Shown in pieces: positions 10,147-19,642 of a DNA stretch of 53,990 bases. Each line of letters opens with the position of its first letter. Within the stretch, counting starts at the first letter, position 1. The notes under the pieces were generated by a model. That model had not been told where the DNA came from, searched no databases, and saw only the letters and a list, made by a program, of their open reading frames with translations. A program made the translations under genes and the position numbers. Source of the DNA: a virus (lineage: Duplodnaviria; Caudoviricetes); the IMG/VR virus record IMGVR_UViG_3300025276_000041, positions 1-53,990 of that record; one strand, written 5' to 3'.

Positions 10147-11574
10147 ATGGCTGTAGATGCAGTTCCCGGGTTTGACTTACAACCCAGTGCCGAGCGCGTA
10201 GCGCTTGCCACGAATTATATTACTAACTTCAATTTCTTGAATCAGTATCTTCCTGATACTTATGAAAAGGAATTTGAGCGTTACGGTAACCGTACCGTAG
10301 CTTCTTTCTTGAGAATGGTTGGCGCTGAAATGCCTTCTAACTCTGACCTTATCAAATGGGCTGAGCAAGGAAGACTTCACACTAAGTACGTTGATTGTAC
10401 TCCAAAAGCGGCTTTAGCTGCTTCAGATACTGCAACATTCGATGTTAACGATACGCTTAATCCAGGTTCAGGAGGTATCGCTATCAGAGTTGGACAGACA
10501 GTTATGCTTTCAGCTAATTCTCTTTCAACAACTAATAAGGCTATTGTAACTGCAGTAGACTATCCGAATAAAGAATTTACTGTTGCTTTCTATGAGGCGC
10601 TCGGTATGACTGCGGCTACAACTGACAAGTTCACTGTATTTATCTATGGTTCTGAATTTAAGAAAGGAACAGACGGCATGACCAACTCTTTAGAGGCTGA
10701 CGATTCATTTTTTGAGAACTCTCCTATCATTATCAAGGACAGATATGCTGTTTCTGGTTCTGACATGGCTCAGATTGGATGGGTAGAGGTTACTACTGAG
10801 AATGGTGCTTCTGGATACCTATGGTATATGAAGTCAGAGCATGAGACTCGTCTCCGCTTTGAGGACTACCTAGAGACTGCTATGGTTGAGGCTGTTCCTG
10901 CTGCTGCTGGATCAGGAGCTATTGGATTTGCAGGCGCTGCAGGTACTTCTGCAGCTGATGTTGGAAACAAAGGATCTGAAGGTATCTTCCACGTTGTTGG
11001 ACTTAGAGGTAATGTTTGGTCTGGAGGAAATCCAACCACATTGGCTGACTTTGACGCTATGATCGAAAGATTAGACAAGCAAGGAGCTATCCAAGAGAAT
11101 GTTATTTTCTTAAACCGTCAGTTTGGTTTTGATATTGATGATATGCTAGCTGCACAGAACTCTTATGGAGCAGGTGGTACTTCTTACGGATTGTTTGACA
11201 ACGATGAGGAAATGGCTTTAAACTTAGGTTTCAAAGGCTTCACTCGTGGTTATGACTTCTATAAGACTGACTGGAAATACTTAAACGACCCAACTATGCG
11301 CGGTGGTTTAAATGCTGGTAAGATTTCAGGGCTTTTAGTTCCTGCTGGATCTACTACTGTTTATGACCAAATCCTTGGTAAGAACGCAAAGCGTCCTTTC
11401 CTTCACGTTAGATATCGTGCTTCAGAAACTGAAGATCGTCGATATAAGACTTGGATCACAGGTTCTGCTGGAGGCGCTGCAACAAGCAGCCTTGACGCAA
11501 TGGAGGTTAACTACCTTTCTGAGCGTGCAGTTTGTACTTTAGGTGCTAACAACTTCTTCTTGTTTGAAGGATAA
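10147..11574 (+). CDS. Major capsid protein
   Basis: 475 aa after the scaffold gene, with strongly biased (high-expression) codons, followed by a strong terminator. Confidence 0.85.
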   Translation: MAVDAVPGFDLQPSAERVALATNYITNFNFLNQYLPDTYEKEFERYGNRTVASFLRMVGAEMPSNSDLIKWAEQGRLHTKYVDCTPKAALAASDTATFDVNDTLNPGSGGIAIRVGQTVMLSANSLSTTNKAIVTAVDYPNKEFTVAFYEALGMTAATTDKFTVFIYGSEFKKGTDGMTNSLEADDSFFENSPIIIKDRYAVSGSDMAQIGWVEVTTENGASGYLWYMKSEHETRLRFEDYLETAMVEAVPAAAGSGAIGFAGAAGTSAADVGNKGSEGIFHVVGLRGNVWSGGNPTTLADFDAMIERLDKQGAIQENVIFLNRQFGFDIDDMLAAQNSYGAGGTSYGLFDNDEEMALNLGFKGFTRGYDFYKTDWKYLNDPTMRGGLNAGKISGLLVPAGSTTVYDQILGKNAKRPFLHVRYRASETEDRRYKTWITGSAGGAATSSLDAMEVNYLSERAVCTLGANNFFLFEG

Positions 11575-11585
11575 ATAAACTCAAC

Positions 11586-11616
11586 GGGGGGGTGTTTAAA
11601 CACCCTCCCTTTTTTT
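11586..11616 (+). terminator. Intrinsic terminator after the capsid gene
   Basis: GGGGGGGTG-TTTAAA-CACCCTCCC followed by T7. Confidence 0.85.
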
Positions 11617-11638
11617 AAATCATATTAAATTATATCTA

Positions 11639-12376
11639 ATGAAAAAATCTTTATCTCTTGTGGACAAAAGTTTTGTGCTTAATCGCACAACACCTCCACT
11701 CTCATTTATGCTATCATCACGAAACACACGTCGCAATCCTCTATTGTATTTTGATGGCACTAGCAACAGGCCTCTTCGGTATGCTAGAAACCAAAAATCA
11801 CCTTTTGAAGACGAGCAAGACGGAACTGCTATTGTTGAACCTATAATCTTTGACGATGGCTTCTTGCATGTTCCTAAAGAGAATCCTCTTCTTCAAGAGT
11901 TCCTATCTTATCACCCAGGCTTTGGGGATGTTTTTAAGGAAGTGAATAAAGAAAAAGATGCCAAGCTAGAGGTTGAGAGCCTTGATGCTGAGGTTGATGC
12001 TTTAATTGCCGCTAGAGGACTAACACTAGAGATGCTTGAGAATATATCTCGTGTTCTTCTAGGGTCTTCTGTTGACAAGATGACTACTGCAGAATTAAAA
12101 AGAGATGTCTTGGTTTTTGCCAAGCAAAATCCTTTTGAATTTTTAGACTTACTTAACGACCCTATGCTTGAGTTAGAGAGCAAGGTTGCTAAGTTTTTTG
12201 AAGATGGTATATTAGGTATGCGCAATAATAACAAAGACGTGTACTTTAATCTAGCAAAGAACAAAACTAAAATGTTGACGGTTCCTTTCGGGGAGTCTGC
12301 CAATTATATTGTGGCTTCATATTTGCAGAGCGATGATGGTATTGAAACACTCAAGCTTCTAGAAAAACAAAAGTAA
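11639..12376 (+). CDS. Hypothetical protein (morphogenesis module)
   Basis: 245-aa ORF with an A-rich leader. Confidence 0.75.
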   Translation: MKKSLSLVDKSFVLNRTTPPLSFMLSSRNTRRNPLLYFDGTSNRPLRYARNQKSPFEDEQDGTAIVEPIIFDDGFLHVPKENPLLQEFLSYHPGFGDVFKEVNKEKDAKLEVESLDAEVDALIAARGLTLEMLENISRVLLGSSVDKMTTAELKRDVLVFAKQNPFEFLDLLNDPMLELESKVAKFFEDGILGMRNNNKDVYFNLAKNKTKMLTVPFGESANYIVASYLQSDDGIETLKLLEKQK

Positions 12377-12394
12377 TTCACCTTTACTCTAATT

Positions 12395-12423
12395 AAGACC
12401 TCAGAAATGGGGTCTTTTTTTTT
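12395..12423 (+). terminator. Intrinsic terminator
   Basis: AAGACCTCA-GAAA-TGGGGTCTT followed by a T-run. Confidence 0.85.
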
Positions 12424-12426
12424 GAC

Positions 12427-12434
12427 TATCTTTG
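12427..12434 (+). promoter_or_regulatory. -7 promoter box TATCTTTG
   Basis: TAnnTTTG directly after the terminator and upstream of 12465. Confidence 0.65.
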
Positions 12435-12464
12435 AGTATTATTAACATCTAAAATATATAACTG

Positions 12465-12767
12465 ATGGCAAAATTATTAACAGTAAAAACAGCTTCAAAC
12501 GGAAATTTAATGATTCCCGCAGAGAAGATTATTTTTTGTGGTACTAGCGGAGATCCCTTTACTACTACTTCAATTTATTACAGTGGAGTAGAGGCGACTT
12601 TTGATGTAATCACTATAACTCATGCAGCAGATACTTCCAGTGGAAACAACATGATAAATTATTTACAATCAAAATTTGTAGAAGTAGCGCAAAGCAAGTG
12701 GTCTGAAGGAGTGCTCGATATAACTCACGATGCGCCTACAGTAATCTCTAACGTAACAATAGCTTAA
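12465..12767 (+). CDS. Small virion-module protein, paralog A
   Basis: Shares (I/L)THAAD...M.N(Y/F)L with the next ORF. Confidence 0.7.
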   Translation: MAKLLTVKTASNGNLMIPAEKIIFCGTSGDPFTTTSIYYSGVEATFDVITITHAADTSSGNNMINYLQSKFVEVAQSKWSEGVLDITHDAPTVISNVTIA

Positions 12768-12769
12768 TT

Positions 12770-13057
12770 ATGATAAAATATTTCAACATTCCAGTAACCG
12801 GATTGAAACCGATTTTAGTAAACGCAAGCCAGGCTTTGTTTATTAATCAAACATCAACTACAGAAACTTTTATAAATTATAACGGAACTTCTGCAAGTAC
12901 AGACAGTATAAAGTTGACTCACGCTGCGGATGCAACCGGAGTGGCGATGCAGAATTTTTTAATAGAAGAATTGAAAAATATGCTCTCATCTTCTTATACT
13001 AATGTAGCTCCTCTTTTGGCTCCCCCAATGGCTGTGGGCATTATTCAACTAGCTTAA
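12770..13057 (+). CDS. Small virion-module protein, paralog B
   Basis: LTHAADATGVAMQNFL matches ITHAADTSSGNNMINYL in 12465..12767. Confidence 0.7.
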   Translation: MIKYFNIPVTGLKPILVNASQALFINQTSTTETFINYNGTSASTDSIKLTHAADATGVAMQNFLIEELKNMLSSSYTNVAPLLAPPMAVGIIQLA

Positions 13058-13081
13058 TATTAGAGAATAACTTAATTATCT

Positions 13082-13117
13082 AAAGAGGGGTCAACAAAAA
13101 TTGACCTCTTTTTTTTT
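13082..13117 (+). terminator. Intrinsic terminator
   Basis: GAGGGGTCAA-CAAAAA-TTGACCTCTT followed by a T-run. Confidence 0.85.
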
Positions 13118-13120
13118 GTC

Positions 13121-13128
13121 TATCTTTG
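13121..13128 (+). promoter_or_regulatory. -7 promoter box TATCTTTG
   Basis: TAnnTTTG after the terminator and upstream of ATG 13144. Confidence 0.65.
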
Positions 13129-13143
13129 TTAAAACCTTTAAAA

Positions 13144-13857
13144 ATGATAAACTCAGTAAGGAATACTGTACTATCGGTATTAAATAAAAATAACTACGGA
13201 TATATATCCCCCTCGGATTTTAATCTGTTTGCTAAACAAGCGCAGATGGATCTTTTTGAGGATTATTTTTATAACTTAAATTATCAAATAGTAAAAGAAA
13301 ACGCCCGTCAATCAGGCACGGGGCTAGCAGACATATCGAAAAGCTACGAAGAAGTAATAGCTTCTTTTTCAAAAACCGCAATTCTTGCTCCTGCCGCAAA
13401 TCCAGCAGTAAACACTTATATTACTCCCGAAGACTATTATTTACTAAACGTTGTGGAGTATACGCCAACAGGTGTGGAAGTAGAGAAGGTAGAAGAGAAT
13501 AAGATAAGAAACTTAACTGCATCAACCTTGATGGGCCCGACTACTTCATTCCCTTTATATGTTGAGAGGGGAGATAACATTGCCGTCTACCCTACCACAA
13601 TAACTGGAGCGACGGATATAACCGCATACTATATTAGAAACCCTAAAGAGCCAAAATGGACATGGGTGCAATTGACTTCTGGAGGCCCAGTATTTAATGC
13701 TTCTGCGGCAGACTATCAAGACTTTGAGCTTCCTTTGTCAGATGAGCCAGACTTAGTCATGAAGATTCTAGAATATGCGGGAGTTTCAATAAGAGAGGGT
13801 GATGTGGTTAAATTTGCAGATAGTGAATTAACGAAAGAAGCTCAATCAGAAAAATAA
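13144..13857 (+). CDS. Tail ring / head-tail adaptor protein
   Basis: Position before the stabilisation protein, with YIRNPKEP and DFELP motifs like crAss-type ring proteins. ATG 13144 preferred over TTG 13126. Confidence 0.6.
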   Translation: MINSVRNTVLSVLNKNNYGYISPSDFNLFAKQAQMDLFEDYFYNLNYQIVKENARQSGTGLADISKSYEEVIASFSKTAILAPAANPAVNTYITPEDYYLLNVVEYTPTGVEVEKVEENKIRNLTASTLMGPTTSFPLYVERGDNIAVYPTTITGATDITAYYIRNPKEPKWTWVQLTSGGPVFNASAADYQDFELPLSDEPDLVMKILEYAGVSIREGDVVKFADSELTKEAQSEK

Positions 13858-13860
13858 CAT

Positions 13861-14787
13861 ATGGCATACTTAAATCAGTTTCAATATTACACAAACGGAA
13901 CCAATCCTGCAGAGGAAACAAATTGGGGGTCGTATCAATACACGAGCCTATCTGATATCGTAAATAACTTTATGGCTATATATGCTGGCAATAATGAGCT
14001 AGTAAATAACGTAGAGAGATATCAAGTATTGTTCCACGCTAAAAGGGCGATTCAAGAATTAAACTATGATGCGTTTAAAGAGATTAAGGCGCTAGAGTTA
14101 AGTGTTGACAATGAATTAAGATTTGTTCTTCCTTCTGACTATGTAAACTGGGTAAGAATATCTCTGTATAGAGATGGGGTTATTTTCCCTCTTACTGAAA
14201 ACATTCAGCTAAACTCAAGTAGCGCTTATCTTCAAGACAACGAGAGTAGGGTTTTATTTGATCAAAACGGGAACATATTAAAGCCAGAATATTCTAATAT
14301 AGATATAGAAAGAATAAAAGGAACTAAAAAAAGTATATACCTAAACGAAAACAACTCCAACTTCAACGGAAGAGAGGGGTGGTGTTGTGATGGCTCTTGG
14401 TATTTTGAGTACAATGTAGGGGCTAGATATGGTCTAAATACTGAAACGGCAAACGCTAACCCTACTTTTAGAATTGATAAGTCGGCAGGCGTTATAAACT
14501 TCAGCTCTGGGATGTTAGATAAGATAGCAATACTTGAGTATGTGTCTGACGGAATGGAAGGTGGAGACATCGCTTCTATAAGCGTAAATAAACTATTTGA
14601 AGACTATGTGTATGCTCACATTAAATACGCCATCTTATCCTCTAAGCTAGGCGTTCAAGAGTATATTGTTGGTAGGTCTAGAAAAGAAAAGACAGCATTG
14701 TTAAGAAATGCCAAGATAAGAATCAGTAACATTCACCCTGGTCGTCTGCTTATGAACTTGCGAGGTCAGAATAAGTGGCTTAAGTAG
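13861..14787 (+). CDS. Tail ring / tubular protein
   Basis: LPSDYVNWVRIS motif and tail-module position. Confidence 0.6.
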   Translation: MAYLNQFQYYTNGTNPAEETNWGSYQYTSLSDIVNNFMAIYAGNNELVNNVERYQVLFHAKRAIQELNYDAFKEIKALELSVDNELRFVLPSDYVNWVRISLYRDGVIFPLTENIQLNSSSAYLQDNESRVLFDQNGNILKPEYSNIDIERIKGTKKSIYLNENNSNFNGREGWCCDGSWYFEYNVGARYGLNTETANANPTFRIDKSAGVINFSSGMLDKIAILEYVSDGMEGGDIASISVNKLFEDYVYAHIKYAILSSKLGVQEYIVGRSRKEKTALLRNAKIRISNIHPGRLLMNLRGQNKWLK

Positions 14788-14788
14788 C

Positions 14789-17700
14789 ATGGACATACAA
14801 ACTAATTTCATAAAAGGGCGCATGAATAAAGGCGTCGATGAAAGGATACTCCCTATGGGCGAGTATAGAGACGCTCTGAATATACGATTAGGCTCAACTG
14901 AGGGTACTACTATTGGAGCGGTAGAGAACACAAAGGGCAATGAGCAAATAACCACACTAGAATATAACGGAAGTGTTTTAAGCGCAAACGCTGTGTGTAT
15001 TGGAGCTTACGAGGACGGGACAACGGAGACTATGTATTGGTTTGTTCACGACCCCACTAGAGGCGTAGACATGGTGGCGTCATACAACACTAACATTCAA
15101 GCCCTTAACTATCACTTAATCTCTACATCTGTTTTAAACTTTGACCCTAAGTTCTTAGTCACTGGGGTGGACTTAATAGATAACTTCTTGTTTTTTACAG
15201 ATGATTTAAACCCACCAAGGGTTATTGATGTAAATAGACAATACGCCAACTCTTTTATTGAGGCAGACATTAGTGTGTTACGACCAGCCCCTATAACGTC
15301 TCCAACATTTACATTAAAAAATGTAAGTGGATCTGATGACTTTATGGAGACAAATTTTATTTCGTTTGCATATCGCTATAAGTATGAGAACTTTCAATAT
15401 AGCGCTCTATCTCAATTTTCTGACTTAGCTTTTTGTCCATCCCCTTATGAAGTTTCAGAAGATTTATACTCAAACTCTGGTATGCGAAATGCATTTAATG
15501 CTGCAGAAGTTTCTTTTACCACTGGAGGAGCTAGTGTTATAGGCATAGACTTATGTTTTAAGGTAACCAACTCAAACATAGTTAATGTAATTCAGAAATT
15601 TAACAAAGAAGAAGAAGGCTGGGCGGACAACACAACTCAAACGGTTGATTTTTCTAATAGTAAGATTTTTTCCACATTATCTTCTGATGAGCTTTTACGA
15701 TTATTTGATAATGTTCCTTTAAAGGCAAAGGCTCAAACAGTTATGACTAATCGTCTGTTTTACGGAAACTATGTTGAGGGATATAATGTAACAAACCCTA
15801 ACGGAGAGCCGTTACTCATAAATTACACCACAGAACTAGTTAGTGAGTCAGTTATAAATGTAGACGAAATTGGAGCCGCAGTTGTTAGTAGCGGAGTATC
15901 ATATAATGATGGGTTTACTAGTCAGCCTTTTGTAAGAACAAAGGATTCTGCTCAGTTTAATTTTTCAAACGTAACTCTACAGACTGGTGATATAATAACA
16001 ATAGAGCTTGGATTTGAGTATAATTCAAGAACATCTAGCCCTAGTTACACCACTAGCACTACATATAGCCGCTTTAGAACTTCCATAAGTATTACTGTGG
16101 ACGGAAATTATTCTAGTATACATAATTTTATAACTACCTCAACTGTATTTCAAACAGCCATTGGCACTGCCTCAACTATGCAAGACACACCTAACTTCTG
16201 TTCAGGCTTGACATTTGGTGATAAATTTGGTTGTGATATTCCTGTACCAATAGATAATTATAATCCAAATGGTAATTTTCAATCAATAATTTGGCAAAAA
16301 AACGGAACCTTTATTGGCACTCCCCCTAATGGTAGTGGAACTAATAATCAATCTTTTAACATAACTTCTTCAGGAGTAAGCCCAAATCTTGTGAGTCTTC
16401 AAGTTCCCGCAATAATGTATGTTCAAGCGGGAGGTACTGCGAAACTTGCTTTTTATTCTGAAGTTATTAATCCTATCGTGGGCTATATAAAAAGTGACTT
16501 TAACAGAACTCTGCACAGTAATAGAGACTATGAAGTGGGAATTATTTACATGGATGCTGAAGGTAGAAACTCTACTGTTTTAACCTCTGAAACAAATACT
16601 CAGTTTATTCCCGCAAGCGCATCAGATACTAGAAATTTTCTTAAGGCAACAATAAACAACCTTGCTCCAACTTGGGCATCTAGATATAAGTTTGCTATTC
16701 AAGCCTCTCAAAATGCATTTGAAACTGTTTACATAAAAAGAGCAGACATTGAAACTTCAGGAATTGACAACACTATATTTATGCTTTTAGAGGGCGAAAA
16801 TCAAACAAAGTTTTCTGTAGGAGATACATTAATATGTAAGGTAGATTCTTTTGGCCATTTAAATAATCTAGCAGAAGTGGAGGTTTTAGATATAACTGTA
16901 GAAGCTGCAATAGGAATATTTTCAAAAACAGGGCTATACGCTAAAGTCGTTGCTAATAATTTTAATTTTTCACCTAGTGAAGGTGATATTGAATTTTTAG
17001 TATTTGAAACAATACCTTCTTTATCTGCAAATGGTGTGTTTTTTGAAGGATCTCAAAGTTTTTCTATCACCAATAGATTTCATCAAGGCAATGCTCAAAC
17101 GCAAACAGGATCTCAACCAGCAATTATTAATCTAGATTTCTTTAGCGCATATACATTTGGAAACGGAGTTGAAGGGTTTAAGATTGAAGACTTAATAGCA
17201 GGTGACCCTGTGACCCTAGGAAGTAGAGTTAATAGCGAAAGCGCAGAGGGGTATCGCCAAACAAGAAATAACGCTAGCTTGACATATAGTGGAGTATATC
17301 AGCCCACGACAAATGTCAACAATTTAAATGAGTTTAATTTGGCTCTTGCTAATTTTAAAGACCTAGATCAAAATTTTGGAGCTATTCAAAAACTTCACTC
17401 TAGAGCAACGGACATTTTGGTTCTTCAAGAAGATAAAATAAGTTATGTGTTAGCATCAAAAAACCTTTTAAGCTCTCCAGGCGCAGGCGGAGTTGTAAGT
17501 TCTATACCAGAGGTTATAGGAAATCAGATTGCAAGAATAGAAGAATATGGTATCAGTTTTAATCCAGAGAGCTTTACTGCGTATGGTTTTGATCGTTACT
17601 TTACCGATGCCAAAAGAGGAGCAGTAATAAGGTTAAGTGGTGCTGGAGCCAACGAGCAACTAGAGGTTATATCTAGCTATGGCATGAGATCTTGGTTTAG

Positions 17701-18109
17701 AGATAGGTTTATTGAATATTTTGATGGACAAAAACTAGGGGGCTATGACCCGTACATGAACGAATATGTATTGTCTATAAAAGACGATGAAGTTGATATG
17801 GGTGAGACAATCATTCCTTGTGGAGCGCAGATTAATGCAAATGACGCAGTGGTTAGAGAGTTTACTGTAGAACTTGGAAACGTGGGCGCAAGTGGTAATG
17901 CCTTCGTGTTAACATACACGATTCAAGCAATTGAGAGTAATATAACTTTTACTGTAATATACAATGGTGTCACTACCACTAGTAACGCTGTAACATCTAG
18001 CGGAACGCTATCAGTTCCTAAGACAACAAAGTACCCAACGCAGGCAGTTGTTAAGATTACCCCTGCGGGAAATACAGAGTATGAACTAACAATAGGTTGT
18101 GTATCATGA
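14789..18109 (+). CDS. Tail stabilisation (nozzle/muzzle) protein
   Basis: N-terminal NFIKGRMNKGVDERILPMGEYRDALNIR, beta-rich, with EYGISFNPESF / YFTDAKRGAVIRL motifs as in crAss-like stabilisation proteins. Confidence 0.7.
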   Translation: MDIQTNFIKGRMNKGVDERILPMGEYRDALNIRLGSTEGTTIGAVENTKGNEQITTLEYNGSVLSANAVCIGAYEDGTTETMYWFVHDPTRGVDMVASYNTNIQALNYHLISTSVLNFDPKFLVTGVDLIDNFLFFTDDLNPPRVIDVNRQYANSFIEADISVLRPAPITSPTFTLKNVSGSDDFMETNFISFAYRYKYENFQYSALSQFSDLAFCPSPYEVSEDLYSNSGMRNAFNAAEVSFTTGGASVIGIDLCFKVTNSNIVNVIQKFNKEEEGWADNTTQTVDFSNSKIFSTLSSDELLRLFDNVPLKAKAQTVMTNRLFYGNYVEGYNVTNPNGEPLLINYTTELVSESVINVDEIGAAVVSSGVSYNDGFTSQPFVRTKDSAQFNFSNVTLQTGDIITIELGFEYNSRTSSPSYTTSTTYSRFRTSISITVDGNYSSIHNFITTSTVFQTAIGTASTMQDTPNFCSGLTFGDKFGCDIPVPIDNYNPNGNFQSIIWQKNGTFIGTPPNGSGTNNQSFNITSSGVSPNLVSLQVPAIMYVQAGGTAKLAFYSEVINPIVGYIKSDFNRTLHSNRDYEVGIIYMDAEGRNSTVLTSETNTQFIPASASDTRNFLKATINNLAPTWASRYKFAIQASQNAFETVYIKRADIETSGIDNTIFMLLEGENQTKFSVGDTLICKVDSFGHLNNLAEVEVLDITVEAAIGIFSKTGLYAKVVANNFNFSPSEGDIEFLVFETIPSLSANGVFFEGSQSFSITNRFHQGNAQTQTGSQPAIINLDFFSAYTFGNGVEGFKIEDLIAGDPVTLGSRVNSESAEGYRQTRNNASLTYSGVYQPTTNVNNLNEFNLALANFKDLDQNFGAIQKLHSRATDILVLQEDKISYVLASKNLLSSPGAGGVVSSIPEVIGNQIARIEEYGISFNPESFTAYGFDRYFTDAKRGAVIRLSGAGANEQLEVISSYGMRSWFRDRFIEYFDGQKLGGYDPYMNEYVLSIKDDEVDMGETIIPCGAQINANDAVVREFTVELGNVGASGNAFVLTYTIQAIESNITFTVIYNGVTTTSNAVTSSGTLSVPKTTKYPTQAVVKITPAGNTEYELTIGCVS

Positions 18110-18846
18110 GTGATTATACTATAACATATAGCGAATCTGTAAAGGGATTTCCTTCTTTTTACTCTTATATACCTGAGTATATAATGGGAATGAACAATTA
18201 CCTATATACTTTTAAAGCGGGTAATTTATATAGACATAACACAAATGAAGGTAGAAATAAATTTTACAATGTAAGCTACCCTTCTACAGTGACAAGTGTT
18301 TTTAATGTTAGCCCCACCGAATCTAAAAAATTTAAGACTTTATCCTTAGAGGCAAACAGTCCTTGGGGAGCCGCCTTCAAGACAAACCTAGAGACTGGCG
18401 TTATAAACTCAGCGTGGTATGACTTAAAAGAGGGGAGCTACTATGCCTCTATAAGGGCGAATGAGTCTCCCGTTAATTTTCACATGAGGTCTGTTGATGG
18501 CATAGGCAATGTAACTACAGTTAGTAATGTGGGGGTTACATACACGCTAGTATTTGCTTTTGCGATAAACCCCATTGTTAGCATTGGCGATAAGATATAC
18601 AAGGACTTAAATCCAGAATTGGAGGTTGGTTCCCTAACGGCTGTATCGGCAGATAGAAAGACTCTTACGGTAACTTTAACGGGAGCTGTCCCCGCTAATG
18701 GCAACTATATTTTTGCCGTTAAAAACCCACAAGCGGAATCCCAAGGAGTTATGGGATATTATTGTGAGTTTACTTTAACGAACACAAGCACTACCCATGT
18801 AGAGCTATTTACTGTAGAGTCTAGTATATTTAAATCATATCCATGA
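18106..18846 (+). CDS. Tail protein (resembles the C-terminal part of stabilisation proteins)
   Basis: ATGA overlap with the previous gene. Contains TYSESVKGFPSFYSYIPE...KKFKTLSLE. Confidence 0.6.
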   Translation: MSDYTITYSESVKGFPSFYSYIPEYIMGMNNYLYTFKAGNLYRHNTNEGRNKFYNVSYPSTVTSVFNVSPTESKKFKTLSLEANSPWGAAFKTNLETGVINSAWYDLKEGSYYASIRANESPVNFHMRSVDGIGNVTTVSNVGVTYTLVFAFAINPIVSIGDKIYKDLNPELEVGSLTAVSADRKTLTVTLTGAVPANGNYIFAVKNPQAESQGVMGYYCEFTLTNTSTTHVELFTVESSIFKSYP

Positions 18847-18853
18847 TTTTCGT

Positions 18854-18861
18854 TACCTTTG
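18854..18861 (+). promoter_or_regulatory. -7 promoter box TACCTTTG
   Basis: TAnnTTTG upstream of the ejection-protein operon. Confidence 0.6.
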
Positions 18862-18883
18862 TATTAACCCACATTATAGTATT

Positions 18884-19630
18884 ATGATACCAATACCACC
18901 TCAAGTTTTAATAGCAGCGGCAAAAGTGGTTTTACCTAAGCTGATTGGAGCGGGTCTTAGCTACTCTCAAGCGGCTAAGCAAAATAAACTAATGAAAGAC
19001 TCTGAGATAGCGGCACAAAAAGCTATTAGTGAGGCAAAAGATTTTGCAGGCACACTAGCTTATGAAAAAGTTCAAGTTCCATTAGAGGCCTACGAGTTGT
19101 CTCAAAGAGAGCTAACTGCTCAACAACAACAAGGCGTTGAGGCTTTGCGCGAGTCTGGGGCAAGAAGCATATTAGGAGGCGTTGGTCGCCTTCAAGCGGG
19201 GGTGACTAAGGCACAACAACAAATACAGGGTCAGATGGCTAACGCGTTATTTGAAAGAGACAAGCTTGTTGCTAAAGACGAGGCTCAATCTTTTGATGAC
19301 CTTTCTGATATTGCTAAACTTGAAGCTACGGGCGCACAAACTGCCGCGGCGCAAGCTCAAGCACAGAGGGGCGCTGCTTTAATGAGTGGAACAACAGCTT
19401 TAGCTGGAGGTCTTCTAGCTGGATTTTCTGACCCCACAATAAATCCTTTGTATGGTGCAGGATTAGATGCGCCAATGGGAACAACTTTAGGTAATGCCTC
19501 TGCAGGGGAAATGGCGGGGCTTGATGGTATCGCGCAAGTGACAGGGCTTTCTTCTGATGAATTAACAAAAGGTTTGGGGCTTGACAACAGTAATTTTCAA
19601 GTGAGTAAGAAACCTTGGTGGATCCAATAA
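18884..19630 (+). CDS. Internal virion / ejection protein 1
   Basis: A/Q/G-rich coiled-coil with hydrophobic Gly-Ala ends. First of three ORFs of increasing size, as in the T7 gp14-16 arrangement. Confidence 0.65.
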   Translation: MIPIPPQVLIAAAKVVLPKLIGAGLSYSQAAKQNKLMKDSEIAAQKAISEAKDFAGTLAYEKVQVPLEAYELSQRELTAQQQQGVEALRESGARSILGGVGRLQAGVTKAQQQIQGQMANALFERDKLVAKDEAQSFDDLSDIAKLEATGAQTAAAQAQAQRGAALMSGTTALAGGLLAGFSDPTINPLYGAGLDAPMGTTLGNASAGEMAGLDGIAQVTGLSSDELTKGLGLDNSNFQVSKKPWWIQ

Positions 19631-19642
19631 AAATATATTACA